From: an uncultured delta proteobacterium
Lineage (GTDB): Bacteria; Myxococcota_A; Polyangia; Polyangiales; Polyangiaceae
Length of the DNA: 64,000 bases
Assembly: GCA_963696385.1 (NCBI GenBank)
Contig: CAVOKF010000004.1
Coordinates: 448,001 to 512,000, forward strand
Reading direction: 5' to 3'
Translations under genes and position numbers: made by a program
The notes under the pieces: generated by a model
The model's database searches: none
What the model was told of the DNA's origin: nothing
The model's input: the letters and a program-made list of their open reading frames with translations, nothing else
Shown here: one piece after another, positions 30,000 to 39,846 of the stretch
Layout: each line of letters opens with the position of its first letter
Position numbering within the stretch: the first letter of the stretch is position 1

Positions 30000-30767
30000 T
30001 CATGTCGCCGGATTCGCGTGCCGGACGTCCCGGGTGAGGACCGCGGCGGCGTGCGCCAGCGCCGAAGGCGTCTGACAGCCGACGATCGCCGGAGCCTCAT
30101 GGAGCAGACCGTCGTTGTCGATGGCCTCCACCATGAACCGAGCGAAGTCCACGCGGCGGGTGATGTTGCTCTCGAGGATGGCGTCACCCACGTGCCGGCT
30201 CCACACCGGCAGGCCCTGGCTCTCGCCCTCCTCGAGCGCGCTGCCTCGCACCACGGTCCAGAGTCGATCGCTCTCGAAGATGCGCTTGCATGCAAGCACC
30301 TGATCTTCGATCTGGCCGTAGCGAACGGCCCGAGCAACCCAGGCGGCGACCTCGACGATCGTCAGGAACAGGCGCGAGTAGCGGTCCTGACCGTCGCGTG
30401 TGATGTGCCACCCGCACGAGAACACAAGGCGGGCGTGCTCGGGGGCGAGATCGAGGACCGCCTGAGCCGTCCTCGAGGCGTACTGATGGACCCCGAGTGG
30501 GACCAGGACGGCGAGCACGGCGTCGCATCCGGCAACGGCTCGGCCGACGACTTCGCGGTCGTCCGTCCTGCCCGCCATCACGGTGATGGCCCCCTCGAAG
30601 CGGGCGAGCTTCCGGACGCTCTGCTCGCGGCAGACGGCGATGACCTCGTAGCCACGATCCAGAGCGTGCTGGACCATGTACTGCCCGAGCTTTCCGGACG
30701 CACCGAGGACGCAGACTCTCCGCGTGAAGCGCAAAGTTTCCGTAGGACTTTCATTCATTTTCGACAT
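30000..30767 (-). CDS. NAD(P)H-binding oxidoreductase (atypical SDR/flavin reductase-like)
   Basis: VLGASGKLG, WTVVRG, RVDFARFMV. Confidence 0.8.
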   Translation of the reverse strand: MSKMNESPTETLRFTRRVCVLGASGKLGQYMVQHALDRGYEVIAVCREQSVRKLARFEGAITVMAGRTDDREVVGRAVAGCDAVLAVLVPLGVHQYASRTAQAVLDLAPEHARLVFSCGWHITRDGQDRYSRLFLTIVEVAAWVARAVRYGQIEDQVLACKRIFESDRLWTVVRGSALEEGESQGLPVWSRHVGDAILESNITRRVDFARFMVEAIDNDGLLHEAPAIVGCQTPSALAHAAAVLTRDVRHANPAT

Positions 30768-30850
30768 CGGAGGCCTCCTCGGCGGGTTGCTACGAGGGCA
30801 ATTTGTGCCTGCACGAACGAATGGGCAATTGGAGAGAACGCATGGGTATT

Positions 30851-30864
30851 ATGCATTTGTGCAT
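30851..30864. promoter_or_regulatory. Palindrome overlapping the lysR start (possible LysR autoregulatory site)
   Basis: ATGCA-TTTG-TGCAT between the divergent lysR and oxidoreductase genes. Confidence 0.35.
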
Positions 30865-31780
30865 GGAATGGCGCGCCATACGCTTCGACTGGAATCACGC
30901 CCGGGCGTTCCTGGTCGCCGCCGAGGAGGGCTCGTTCTCCGCCGCCGGCCGCGTCCTCGGCACCGCTCAGCCGACGATCGGACGTCAGGTCGCGGCCCTC
31001 GAAGAGGAACTCGGTGTCGCGCTCTTCGAGCGAATCGGCAACACGATCAAGCTCACCTCGTCCGGGCTGGATCTGATGGAGCACCTCCGGGCGATGAGCG
31101 CCGCAGCGACGCGCGTCTCGATGAGCGCGGCTGGAAAGGCGCTCTCGATCGACGGGACGGTCTGTATCACGGCAAGCGAGTTGATCGCGGCTCACATCTT
31201 GCCTCCGATCATCGGGCGCATGCGCCGGACCCATCCGGGGATCGAGATCGAGATCATCGCCTCCAACACCGCACGCGACCTTCGGCGTCGGGAGGCTGAC
31301 ATCGCCGTGCGCAATTTCACTCCAACCCAGCCCGATCTTGTCGCCAAAAAGATCGCCGACCGAAGCGCCCGCCTCTACGCCTCTCCGGCCTACCTCGATC
31401 GGATCGGCAACCCGACCTCCCCCGCGGGCCTATCGCACGCTGACTTTTTCGGCTTCGACCGGACCGAGTTGATGATCAAGGGTCTGCGTGCCTTGGGCTT
31501 GGAGCTTACCGTGAAGAACTTCCCGATCATCACCGACAACCATCTAGTGCAGTGGGAGTTGGCCAAGCAAGGGGTCGGCATTTGCATCGTGATGGACGAA
31601 GTGGGCGATGCCGAGCCTCGGGTCCGCCGCGTGCTGCCCGAGCTGCCGCCGATCCCTGTGCCGGTCTGGCTCGCAACGCATCGCGAGCTGAATACGAGCC
31701 GACGCATCCGCGTCGTCTTCGACCTGCTGGCCGACGAGCTCGGTCGGCCGCCCGAGACCCGGAACCGGATCGGCACGTGA
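30863..31780 (+). CDS. LysR family transcriptional regulator
   Basis: FDWN..RAFL..AEEGSFSAA...QPTIGRQV..LEEELGV.LFER; DL.RREADIAVR. Confidence 0.92.
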   Translation: MEWRAIRFDWNHARAFLVAAEEGSFSAAGRVLGTAQPTIGRQVAALEEELGVALFERIGNTIKLTSSGLDLMEHLRAMSAAATRVSMSAAGKALSIDGTVCITASELIAAHILPPIIGRMRRTHPGIEIEIIASNTARDLRRREADIAVRNFTPTQPDLVAKKIADRSARLYASPAYLDRIGNPTSPAGLSHADFFGFDRTELMIKGLRALGLELTVKNFPIITDNHLVQWELAKQGVGICIVMDEVGDAEPRVRRVLPELPPIPVPVWLATHRELNTSRRIRVVFDLLADELGRPPETRNRIGT

Positions 31781-31884
31781 CGGCCTCTCCCGCTCCGCCC
31801 AAGCATCACGTGACCCGAGCCACCGAAGTCGGTCACCTCACGGCACGGCCGCAAGATCTTCGAGGGTACAATCGCCTGCGCCAC

Positions 31885-32665
31885 ATGGACCAGGTCACCG
31901 AGCTCTGCGAGGCCATCTGGAAGGGGGACGCACAGACCGTCGCTCGCCTCGTCTCGCGCATCGACCCGAACGGAGAGGATCGTTGGCACCGAAGGGCACT
32001 GTCGATGGCCGCGCAGTATGGTGACGCAAGGCTCGTGCGGCAGCTCCTCGACCGGGGCGCAGACGTAGACGCGGGTCGCTCTCAGCTTCACGCCGGTCGC
32101 TCACGCGGCGGCGCGGCAACGTCACGAGATCGTGGATCTCCTCCGGGGCGCGGGCGCGGCAATCTCCGTTGTCACGTCCGTATACCTGGGCGACCGCCGC
32201 GCGGTCGCAAAGGCCGATCTCGTCGTCGACGAGGAGGGGACGCCGCTGCTCTTGCACGCTGCCCAGTCGCTGAACGGCGAGATCGTCAAAGACCTTCTCG
32301 ATCGGGGCGCGGACGTCCTTGCAACGGATCGATTCGGCGAGACGGCGCTTCACCGCGTCGCAGACCTTCGGCGCGCGGATGGAGGAAAGGCCGCGCGCGT
32401 TGCGACGTTGCTCATCGAGAGAGGCGCGCCTGTCGATGCCCGGAACCGTGACGCGGTCACACCGCTTCATCAAGCCGTCCGTGCGCGGAATCTTGCCGTC
32501 GTCGAAGTCCTTCTCGATCACGGGGCGGATCCGAATGCCGCTGACAAGCGCGGCTCGACGCCGCTTCAGTACCCCGATTCCATGAAACGGAGGGGTGAGA
32601 CCACCCGATCCCGTCGGGAATATCGCGGAAAACGACCCTTCCATTCCGTGGAATCGGGGTACTAG
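31885..32665 (+). pseudogene. Ankyrin-repeat protein, frameshifted near 32087 and truncated by a MITE
   Basis: Repeats ALSMAAQYG..LVRQLLDRGADV, GETALH, TPLHQAV; two frames; ends at GSTPL followed by MITE-derived QYPDS. Confidence 0.75.
32567..32665. mobile_element. ~100-bp MITE related to the IS630 at 36.6-37.8 kb
   Basis: Imperfect ~29-bp TIRs AGTACCCCGATTCCATGAAACGGAGGGGT / ACCCTTCCATTCCGTGGAATCGGGGTACT; the right end is one mismatch from the IS630 end at 36586-36616. Confidence 0.8.
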
Positions 32666-32722
32666 GGCTCGCCGACCGGTGATCCGGACCGACGCGTCTT
32701 CTCGCGCGCCGGCCGAGACGCC

Positions 32723-33121
32723 TCACGGTGTGGGTGCCGCCGCCTCGCGGGCTCGAAGGCGCGCCAAGAGTTCGTCGAACCTGACCTGCTGCGGACCTCG
32801 CAGCTCGGCGCGGATGCTCTGGTCGACCTTGGCCCTATGGTCGATCAGGGGGTGACCGCAGCGGGCATCCGTCTCGAGCGCGATGGCCTTGGCCTCACGT
32901 CGAGCGTCGTTCAGGAGCGAAGCGATCCGCTCGCGCTGGGTCGCGTCGAGCGAGAGCTGTTTCGTCATGACCTCGAGCCGCCGCTCATCGGTCCGGTCGT
33001 CCAAGAGGTGGGCCATATGCCGCTCCCTGAGGACGGCGAAGACGGCCGCGCCTCCGGCTACCGCGCCGAGGAGGAAGACGGCGACCACGATCAGGTAGCC
33101 CCGCAAGCTGCGCCCTACCAT
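32723..33121 (-). CDS. Spy/CpxP-like periplasmic helical protein
   Basis: N-terminal TM; MTKQLSLDATQRERI...LRGPQQVRFDEL. Confidence 0.65.
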   Translation of the reverse strand: MVGRSLRGYLIVVAVFLLGAVAGGAAVFAVLRERHMAHLLDDRTDERRLEVMTKQLSLDATQRERIASLLNDARREAKAIALETDARCGHPLIDHRAKVDQSIRAELRGPQQVRFDELLARLRAREAAAPTP

Positions 33122-33393
33122 CCGGCGTCCGCCTCGACGGCCGCGATGAGCGCGGCGTCCCAGGCGCGCTCGCTCCGCGCCGCCCAGACCAGACACACCG
33201 CCGCGACGAGCGCGGCGAGCGGCACGAGCCTTCGCGCAGCGCACGACAGATCGCTGCCCCAGTCCCCCCCCGCCGTCTCGCGCTCGATCATCGCGGCGAC
33301 GCGCGCGGCGAGATCGGGCCGCGGGCCCACTCCGCTCGTGGCTTCGCGGAGGCGCTCGAGCCGCGCGTCGCTACTTTCGAGGGTTTCGCTCAC
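33115..33393 (-). CDS. Putative single-TM anti-sigma factor
   Basis: Directly downstream of the ECF sigma; P.PDLAARVAA plus a TM helix. Confidence 0.55.
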   Translation of the reverse strand: MSETLESSDARLERLREATSGVGPRPDLAARVAAMIERETAGGDWGSDLSCAARRLVPLAALVAAVCLVWAARSERAWDAALIAAVEADAGW

Positions 33394-33922
33394 CGGCCGC
33401 CTCCCATTTTCGCAGCGCCGCACGGGCGCGCACAAGGCGCTGTTCGACCGCGCCCTCGCTGCACCCGAGGATCTCGGCCGTCTCCGCGGAGCTGAGCTCC
33501 TCCACCACTTTCAGCATGATGACGACCCGGTGCTCCTCGGGCAACGCCCCGAGCCAGCCCGCCAGCTCCCGCAAGGCGACCCGCGCTTCGCTGTGAGCCG
33601 CGCCATCCACGCCGGCCTCCGCGCCTTCGTTCGCCGGTCTCGGCGGCGCACGTCCTCTTGCGCGCTGCGCGTCGAGCGTCGTGTTGAGCACGATGCTGTG
33701 CAGCCAGGTGCCGACCTTCGAACGCCCATCGAACCTCCGCGCAACGAGCGACCGGTACGCCTTGAGGTACGCCTCCTGCACCACGTCCTCGGCCTCCGCG
33801 ATGCTCCCCAGAAGGCGCGCGCTCAGGCGCACGAAGCGATCCTGCGTGGCTGCGACGATTTTCGGGAACGCGGACGGATCGCCGTCCGAGACAGCAGCGG
33901 CGGCTTTTTCGAGATCGGTCAA
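33371..33922 (-). CDS. ECF RNA polymerase sigma factor
   Basis: AEDVVQEAYLKAY, TWLHSIVLN, LPEEHR..EELS..E.AEILG..V.QRL.RAR. Confidence 0.9.
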   Translation of the reverse strand: MTDLEKAAAAVSDGDPSAFPKIVAATQDRFVRLSARLLGSIAEAEDVVQEAYLKAYRSLVARRFDGRSKVGTWLHSIVLNTTLDAQRARGRAPPRPANEGAEAGVDGAAHSEARVALRELAGWLGALPEEHRVVIMLKVVEELSSAETAEILGCSEGAVEQRLVRARAALRKWEAAGERNPRK

Positions 33923-34105
33923 TGGCCCGCCTCATGGGACACCTACTAGGCCGTTGGACGGTCCGGGCCGCCATCCCCCTACGCAAGAATCGACAGGTCG
34001 CTCTCGTGGCCGCGTCATGCCGGCGGAGCGTCGATGGAACGCAAAGCCCGCGTAGGGAGCCCGCGGCCGCCAGCGTCAGAGGATCGAACACCCAGGAGAT
34101 GTCCC

Positions 34106-34723
34106 ATGAAAGTCGCGTCGTCTCTGTCCATTCTTGCCTTCGTGCCCGTGTTTCTCGCCCTCGACACCGTTTGCTCGCTCGCGTCCGCAGACGATCAAGG
34201 GCCCACCCCCGCGACGGCGCGGGCGTACGCGCGCCTGCTCCAACGCTTCGACTCGAACCACGACGGCCTCTTGCAAACGACCGAGCTGCCGGCGCCGCTC
34301 GATCGCCGGCTCGGAGCGGCCGACTCCGATCACGACGGCGTGATCACGCCGGAGGAGCTTCACCGCTACGGCGTCCAACGGCGCGCGGCCCGGTTTGCGC
34401 GCGCCGACAAGAACGCGGACGGAAAGCTGGATCCGTCCGAGGTCGGAGCGGACCGCTGGGACTACTTGAAGGTCGCGGACGCCGACGGGAACGGGACGCT
34501 CACGCTCGACGAGATCGAGCGCGCCGTGGCGTCCGGCACGCTGCACGGCATGTCGGCGGAGGAGGTCTTTCAGCTCCTCGACCGCAACGGCGACGGGGTG
34601 ATCGATCTCAGCCGGGCCAGGGAACGCGAGCGCGCGCTGCTTGGCCCGGCCGACACGAACCACGACGGGAAGGTGACCTTCGCGGAGCTCAAGGCTTACC
34701 GCGTCGCGATCGGCCGCGATTGA
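34106..34723 (+). CDS. Secreted multi-EF-hand protein
   Basis: Signal peptide; six DxD/NxDG loops (DSNHDG, DSDHDG, DKNADG, DADGNG, DRNGDG, DTNHDG). Confidence 0.85.
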   Translation: MKVASSLSILAFVPVFLALDTVCSLASADDQGPTPATARAYARLLQRFDSNHDGLLQTTELPAPLDRRLGAADSDHDGVITPEELHRYGVQRRAARFARADKNADGKLDPSEVGADRWDYLKVADADGNGTLTLDEIERAVASGTLHGMSAEEVFQLLDRNGDGVIDLSRARERERALLGPADTNHDGKVTFAELKAYRVAIGRD

Positions 34724-34856
34724 GGCGGTCCGGGTTCAGGCCAGGTCGTCCGATGCCGCGGCTTCAAAGCCATTCGTGAGCCGAGCGCCCGCGGATCGAA
34801 CTCGATGTCGTCGTACCGTCAAACGCACGCTTCGGCTACCCGCCGCGCGTCGAACG

Positions 34857-36260
34857 CTACGGCCCCCCCGACTGGGTCGGGTCCTCGATGTGACCGAGAA
34901 AAAGGATAGCCCCGGTGGGCACGTCGACGATGGCCATCAGATAGGGCCGGTTCACAACCATTGGAATGGGTTGCGGTGGTTGCGAGGCGACCCCATCCGC
35001 CCCCGCCACGACGACCGCCGTCGCCGCGGCCGCCTCGACACCCGTTTCCTGCATCGAGACCGTCGCCTTCTGGAGGACGTCGGAGACGTATAGGTTGAGT
35101 CCGTCCGGCGTGTGCGGACACATCCCCGAGAAGTCGGCCTGGACCGGATCGAAGGCCTGAGTCATTCCCATGGCCTTTAGCGCCGTTGCGAGAGAGAAGG
35201 TCGGTGAAGTGAAGGTGACCTTGGGCACCGAAATCGCGACGAGCGCGTACGAGGCCGGCAGAACGAGCGGGGGCGCACTCACGGCCAGGCCGGCTTCGTA
35301 CGTCGCGAGGGCGACGCCCGGATGCGGGACCGCAATGACCACCGACAGTTGACCGGCGAGCGGCAGCCCGGCAATTTGCGCCTGGCCGTCGTCGACGTAC
35401 GGCACCGACTCGGTCTGGTTCATGAAGCTCGGCGAGACCGTCAGGCCGTCGGCGCGCACGAACAATCCGGTAGCCGTCGCCGTGGAATCGAAGACGCTAG
35501 ACCACGGAAACTTCAAGTGCAAGGCGTTGACGAGCACCATGCGCGTGAGGCTGCTGAGCGCACCGACCGGCAGCAGGTCGTTGATCTTGTCGTCGGTCTC
35601 GGAGCTCACCCAGGCGTTGATCGTGCCGGTCGCTTGGACCCACTGATTAACGAAGTCTTGCAGGTGTACGCCCGTGCCGTAGCTCGTCGCGAGGATCGAT
35701 AGGAACGGAGCCGCCCACGGGTAGGTCTCTTCGCCCCAGACGGAGTTGACGACCTCCAGTTGGTAGTTATCGGCCGAGGCGTCTGTCTCGTCTTGTTGCT
35801 CGTTGGCGATCGCGGTCGGTCCACGCGACGCGAGGGCTTGGCTCAGGGCATTCTGCCCGTCGAAAATCGACGTGCCGCCGTCGGCGTCGAAGTGCAGGGC
35901 GGTAGCCATCTGTGTCGCGGTCGGCCCCACCGCTCCCGCATACGCCATGACCAACGCCAGTGAGGCACTCAGAGGCGATGTGAGCAGATTGCTCGCTCCC
36001 GCGTCCGAGTCCACTTCGGAATACAGATTCAAGGCAAACGCATTGTTGGCGGCCACGGCGGCGTCCAACGCGGCGGCGGAGACTTGGGCGGCCGGGACGC
36101 GCACCGCATCCGCCTGGTCCACGGTGGATTCCGCCCCTCCGTCACGGGTCGGTACCGAAGGCGACGCGTCGGGGGACGATGCCGACCCTGCGGACGAGCT
36201 GCACCCAGGGAGTGCCAAAAGAACGCCGACGGATAGCGAAAGAACAGCCGATCTCAACAT
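34857..36260 (-). CDS. Serpin family lipoprotein
   Basis: Lipobox LPGC; NNAFALNLY, SPLS, LVNALHLK..W, hinge ETGVEAAAATAV, NRPY..ILFLG. Confidence 0.92.
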   Translation of the reverse strand: MLRSAVLSLSVGVLLALPGCSSSAGSASSPDASPSVPTRDGGAESTVDQADAVRVPAAQVSAAALDAAVAANNAFALNLYSEVDSDAGASNLLTSPLSASLALVMAYAGAVGPTATQMATALHFDADGGTSIFDGQNALSQALASRGPTAIANEQQDETDASADNYQLEVVNSVWGEETYPWAAPFLSILATSYGTGVHLQDFVNQWVQATGTINAWVSSETDDKINDLLPVGALSSLTRMVLVNALHLKFPWSSVFDSTATATGLFVRADGLTVSPSFMNQTESVPYVDDGQAQIAGLPLAGQLSVVIAVPHPGVALATYEAGLAVSAPPLVLPASYALVAISVPKVTFTSPTFSLATALKAMGMTQAFDPVQADFSGMCPHTPDGLNLYVSDVLQKATVSMQETGVEAAAATAVVVAGADGVASQPPQPIPMVVNRPYLMAIVDVPTGAILFLGHIEDPTQSGGP

Positions 36261-36588
36261 AGGCTGAGGCCACGCACGGTCCGTGCCACGTCGCCGGCAT
36301 CGGCCGCTTGCCAGCCGTCCTCCCGCGGCATCGCTCCGGGCCGCGTGCCAACCTGCGCCACCGCGATCGATGCGTCTCAAGCTCCTCGGAGAGTCTTTGT
36401 TCGCACCCATCGGCCCACACGGCAACGGGCGCTCCCGGATGGTCTTTCGGAAGTCCGCGTTCGGCCCAGCCGCGCCAAGGTGTCATCGGATCGAGCCAGC
36501 CGATGACGAAGGGCGCTCGAGCCATCGTCAGCATTGGTGCCAATGGGGGCGTGGGGAGCGTCGCGCTCCTCGAGGCGTGAGAGGACTA

Positions 36589-37783
36589 GTACCCCGATTC
36601 TACGGAATGGAAGGGTAGAGGCGGCGCAGCTTGATGCGTGCGTCCGCCGTGGTGAAGCGCCAGTTGACCTTGCGGTCGGGTCGCGAAGCCTGCCACGCGG
36701 AGACGATCGTGTGGAGCGCGCCGATGCTGCCGACGCGCTGGTCGAGACACTGTATCGATAGGGTCGAGAGGAAGATTTCGGCGACGTTGAGCCAACTGCC
36801 GTGCTTGGGGGTGTGGTGAACCTCGAACCTCTCGACCAGACGACGAGCCTCTTTGGGCGCGAATGCTTCGTACAGGCACGAAAGATCGTGGATGTTGAGG
36901 TTGTCCATGACCAAGACGATGACGGTCGCGGTTGCGTAGGTCTCGTCGGACAGGCGGGCTAAGAAATGCGCCATGTCGACGGCCGTGCGTCGCTCGGTCA
37001 CTTCGACGACGGATTGCCCGGTCAGCGGTTCCACGGCAGCGAAGATGTTGGCTGTGCCGCACCGCTTGTATTCGTCATCGACGCGGGCCGGTGTGCCGGG
37101 GCTCGCAGGAACGGGCTGGCGGGTGTGCTCGAGCAACTGCTTGCTGGTCTCGTCGAGACAGACCTGCGGCCGGTCCGGATCATAGGGTCGATGGTAAACG
37201 TCGAGCACATCCTCCATGCACTTTACGAACGCCGCGTTTTCCTCAGGCGGAATGCAGAAGCGCTCTACAAGCCAGGGCTTGATTTCGTTTTTTTTAGACC
37301 GCGCTGGACCGTGCTCGGGCTGACGGAGTCGAACACCTTCAGCTCGACGAGTCGGTCCGCGAGAAGCGAGATGGTCCACCGTGCCCGCCCTGCGGGCGGC
37401 TCACTGCAAGCGATCTGAACCAGCCGCGCCTCCGAGGCCCCGTCGAGCTTTCGCGGCCGCGACGGGGTGTCTTGGGGCTTGCGCTCCAGGCACGCTTCGA
37501 CGCCGCGCTCGCAGCAGCGCTTGCGCACGCGCTCCACCGTGACGAGCCCGGCCTCCAAGTCGTCCGAGATTTCCTGATCGGTCAGCCCTTCGTCGGCTTT
37601 CAGCAAAATGCTTGCGCGAAGCCTTTTCAGGCCCGAGACGCGCTCACGCTTCACGAGCTGCGTCAGCGCCGCCCGCTCGTCCACCGTCAGATTCACTACG
37701 TAGCGCTTTTTCATGGCCCACCATGGAGCACGCCCTCGTCGCCATGGAAAGCAAAACCCGTCGCGTCAATGGATTCGAGGTAC
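36589..37783 (-). mobile_element. IS630-family insertion sequence
   Basis: TA duplication (36587-36588 and 37784-37785); ends GTACC[C/T]CGA[T/A]TC; two overlapping transposase ORFs. Confidence 0.9.
36600..37714 (-). CDS. IS630 transposase, orfA/orfB joined by a probable -1 programmed frameshift at A8C (~37288-37296)
   Basis: orfA HTH (RPRKLDG..EARL..ACSEPP.GRARWT); orfB DDE motifs DETSKQL, DNLNIH, HGSWLNVAE. Confidence 0.88.
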
Positions 37784-39654
37784 TAGGCCCGCATCGACGT
37801 CATTCGCCGCTGCGCGAGGACCGCCGTTCCCGTGAGCCCCGCGATGACCGACCCCGTAAGCACGCCGAGCTTCGCGACCCCCGCTTCGTCGGGCGACAAA
37901 GCGCGATCAGCCATTAGGAGCGCAAGGGTGTCCCCCACGCCGCACAGGCAGGCAGCACCGATGAACTGGCGCAACGTCACGCCCTTGAGCGGGGTCGCTA
38001 GCCCCGTCGACACCGCGATGGCGGAGGCGACGAGGACCCCAATGGGCTTGCCGGCGACGAGCCCGAGCACCGTTCCGGCCAGGATGTGGAGCCGCTCGGG
38101 TGACGACAGCTGGATGGCGAAGCTCACGCCCGTCGCGGAGAACGCGAATAGTGGCAGCACCACGTACGTGCTCCAGGGCCCGACGGCCCGTTCTATGCGC
38201 TCGGCCGGCGAGAGCAGCCGCTCGGCGGCCGCCGATAGGTTGCTCGCCGCCCACTCCCACACGGGCTCGGCCTCCAGCCGCGACGTGTCGCTGTTCCGTG
38301 GCCGCGCCGCTATCTCTGCTTGATCGAGGGCGGCGAGTGCGGTGGCCGCTTGCGCCAGGAGCGGCGCGGGGGCGGGTGGGGGGCGCGCGGGGACCGCCAG
38401 CGCGACCACCACCCCCGCGAGAGCGGCGTCGACGCCCAACGCGTGGAGCGACAGCCACATCGCGACGGTGGCGAGCACGTAGGGCCATCTCGCGTAGACG
38501 CGTGCGCGATTCAACGCGAAGAGCGCGAGCAAGCTCGCTGAGACCGCCGTCGCATAGACCATGGCAATCGCGCCCGGAAAAAACAACGCGAGCGTCAACA
38601 CCGACAGCACGTCGTCCGCGACGGCGAGCGCGGCGACGAACACGCGGAGACTCGGCGGGACGCGGTCCCCGAGGAGAGCGAGCAAGCCGAGCGAGAACGC
38701 CACATCGGTCGCCGTAGGTATCGGCCATCCGCGCGCTGCTCCGCCCCCATTGAGCGCGAGGTAGATGAGCGCGGGGGCTACGACCCCGCCCATCGCAGCG
38801 ACGAGCGGAAGGAGCGCCGCGCGCCGGCTCGTCAGAGCTCCCACCGTCATCTCCCGCCGAATCTCGAGGCCTACGATCAAGAAGAAAAGCGTGAAAAGCC
38901 CCTCCGAGAGCCACTCGCGCGTCGTCAGCGAGAGCAAGCTCCCCACGGGCCCGATGCCGAGCTGGGCGTTCATGGCGCGCTCGTAGAGCGGCGCCAGAGG
39001 CGTATTCGCGCAGATGATCGCGAAGAGCGCAGCCAAGAGCAGGATGAGAGCTCCCGATGTCGGCAGGCTCGCGAACACGCGCGCGGAGCGATGCACGCGC
39101 GCGGCGACAGGACGCTCGAGAGACTCGAACATCGAGTGATAGTCCCAGGCACCGTCATAGCGGAGCCCGTCCACGAAGAGCGTGGGCGTTCCGGTCACCC
39201 CGTTCTCGCGGCCGTCCTCGACGTCGCGCTCGACGCGCGCGCGCATGGGCTCGGAGTCGAGGTCGCCTTCGAAGCGGCTCGGGTCGAGGCCGATCGCCTT
39301 GCCGAGCCGTAGAAGTTCGATACGCCCGATGGGGAGCTCGTGATCGAAGATCGCGTCGTGCATCTCGAAGAAGCGCCCTTGAAGCGCCGCGGCCTCGGAC
39401 GCCCGCGCCGCGAGATGGGCGCCGGGGTTCGCGTGCTCGTTCGGAAAGTGACGGAAGACGTAGACCATCCGATCGCCGAGCACCTCGCGAAGTTGACGCA
39501 TCACCGGGCGAAGGCGTCGACAGTAGGGGCAAAGGAAATCCTGGTAGCTAACGACGAACACTGCCTCGTCGCTCCAGGAGCCGCGAACGTGATCGTTCTC
39601 GGGGTCGACCCCCCGGAGGAGCCGAAGCTTCGGTGCGTTCGAATCGTGCGCCAT
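37783..39654 (-). CDS. nhaA: Na+/H+ antiporter NhaA with an N-terminal DsbA/thioredoxin domain
   Basis: CPYC, RHFP, GTPT; NhaA motifs FF..VGLEIRRE, GWPIPTATDVAF, ALAVADD, GKPIG, AKLGVL.GS. Confidence 0.85.
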   Translation of the reverse strand: MAHDSNAPKLRLLRGVDPENDHVRGSWSDEAVFVVSYQDFLCPYCRRLRPVMRQLREVLGDRMVYVFRHFPNEHANPGAHLAARASEAAALQGRFFEMHDAIFDHELPIGRIELLRLGKAIGLDPSRFEGDLDSEPMRARVERDVEDGRENGVTGTPTLFVDGLRYDGAWDYHSMFESLERPVAARVHRSARVFASLPTSGALILLLAALFAIICANTPLAPLYERAMNAQLGIGPVGSLLSLTTREWLSEGLFTLFFLIVGLEIRREMTVGALTSRRAALLPLVAAMGGVVAPALIYLALNGGGAARGWPIPTATDVAFSLGLLALLGDRVPPSLRVFVAALAVADDVLSVLTLALFFPGAIAMVYATAVSASLLALFALNRARVYARWPYVLATVAMWLSLHALGVDAALAGVVVALAVPARPPPAPAPLLAQAATALAALDQAEIAARPRNSDTSRLEAEPVWEWAASNLSAAAERLLSPAERIERAVGPWSTYVVLPLFAFSATGVSFAIQLSSPERLHILAGTVLGLVAGKPIGVLVASAIAVSTGLATPLKGVTLRQFIGAACLCGVGDTLALLMADRALSPDEAGVAKLGVLTGSVIAGLTGTAVLAQRRMTSMRA

Positions 39655-39846
39655 GGCGGGGTGGCTTCGTACCACGTGGACCCGCATCGCGAGGCTCCTC
39701 GCCGCGGCGTGAGTCAGCGGGAAGTGCTACGTGACGCCGAACCTCCGCGGGCAGGCGCCGCACGAAACCTGTTCCTGAGGAAGGCCGATAGGGATTGGCA
39801 CGACCCGCGGCAATCCTCATGGCCGATGAGTTGGCCATGCCCCTTG

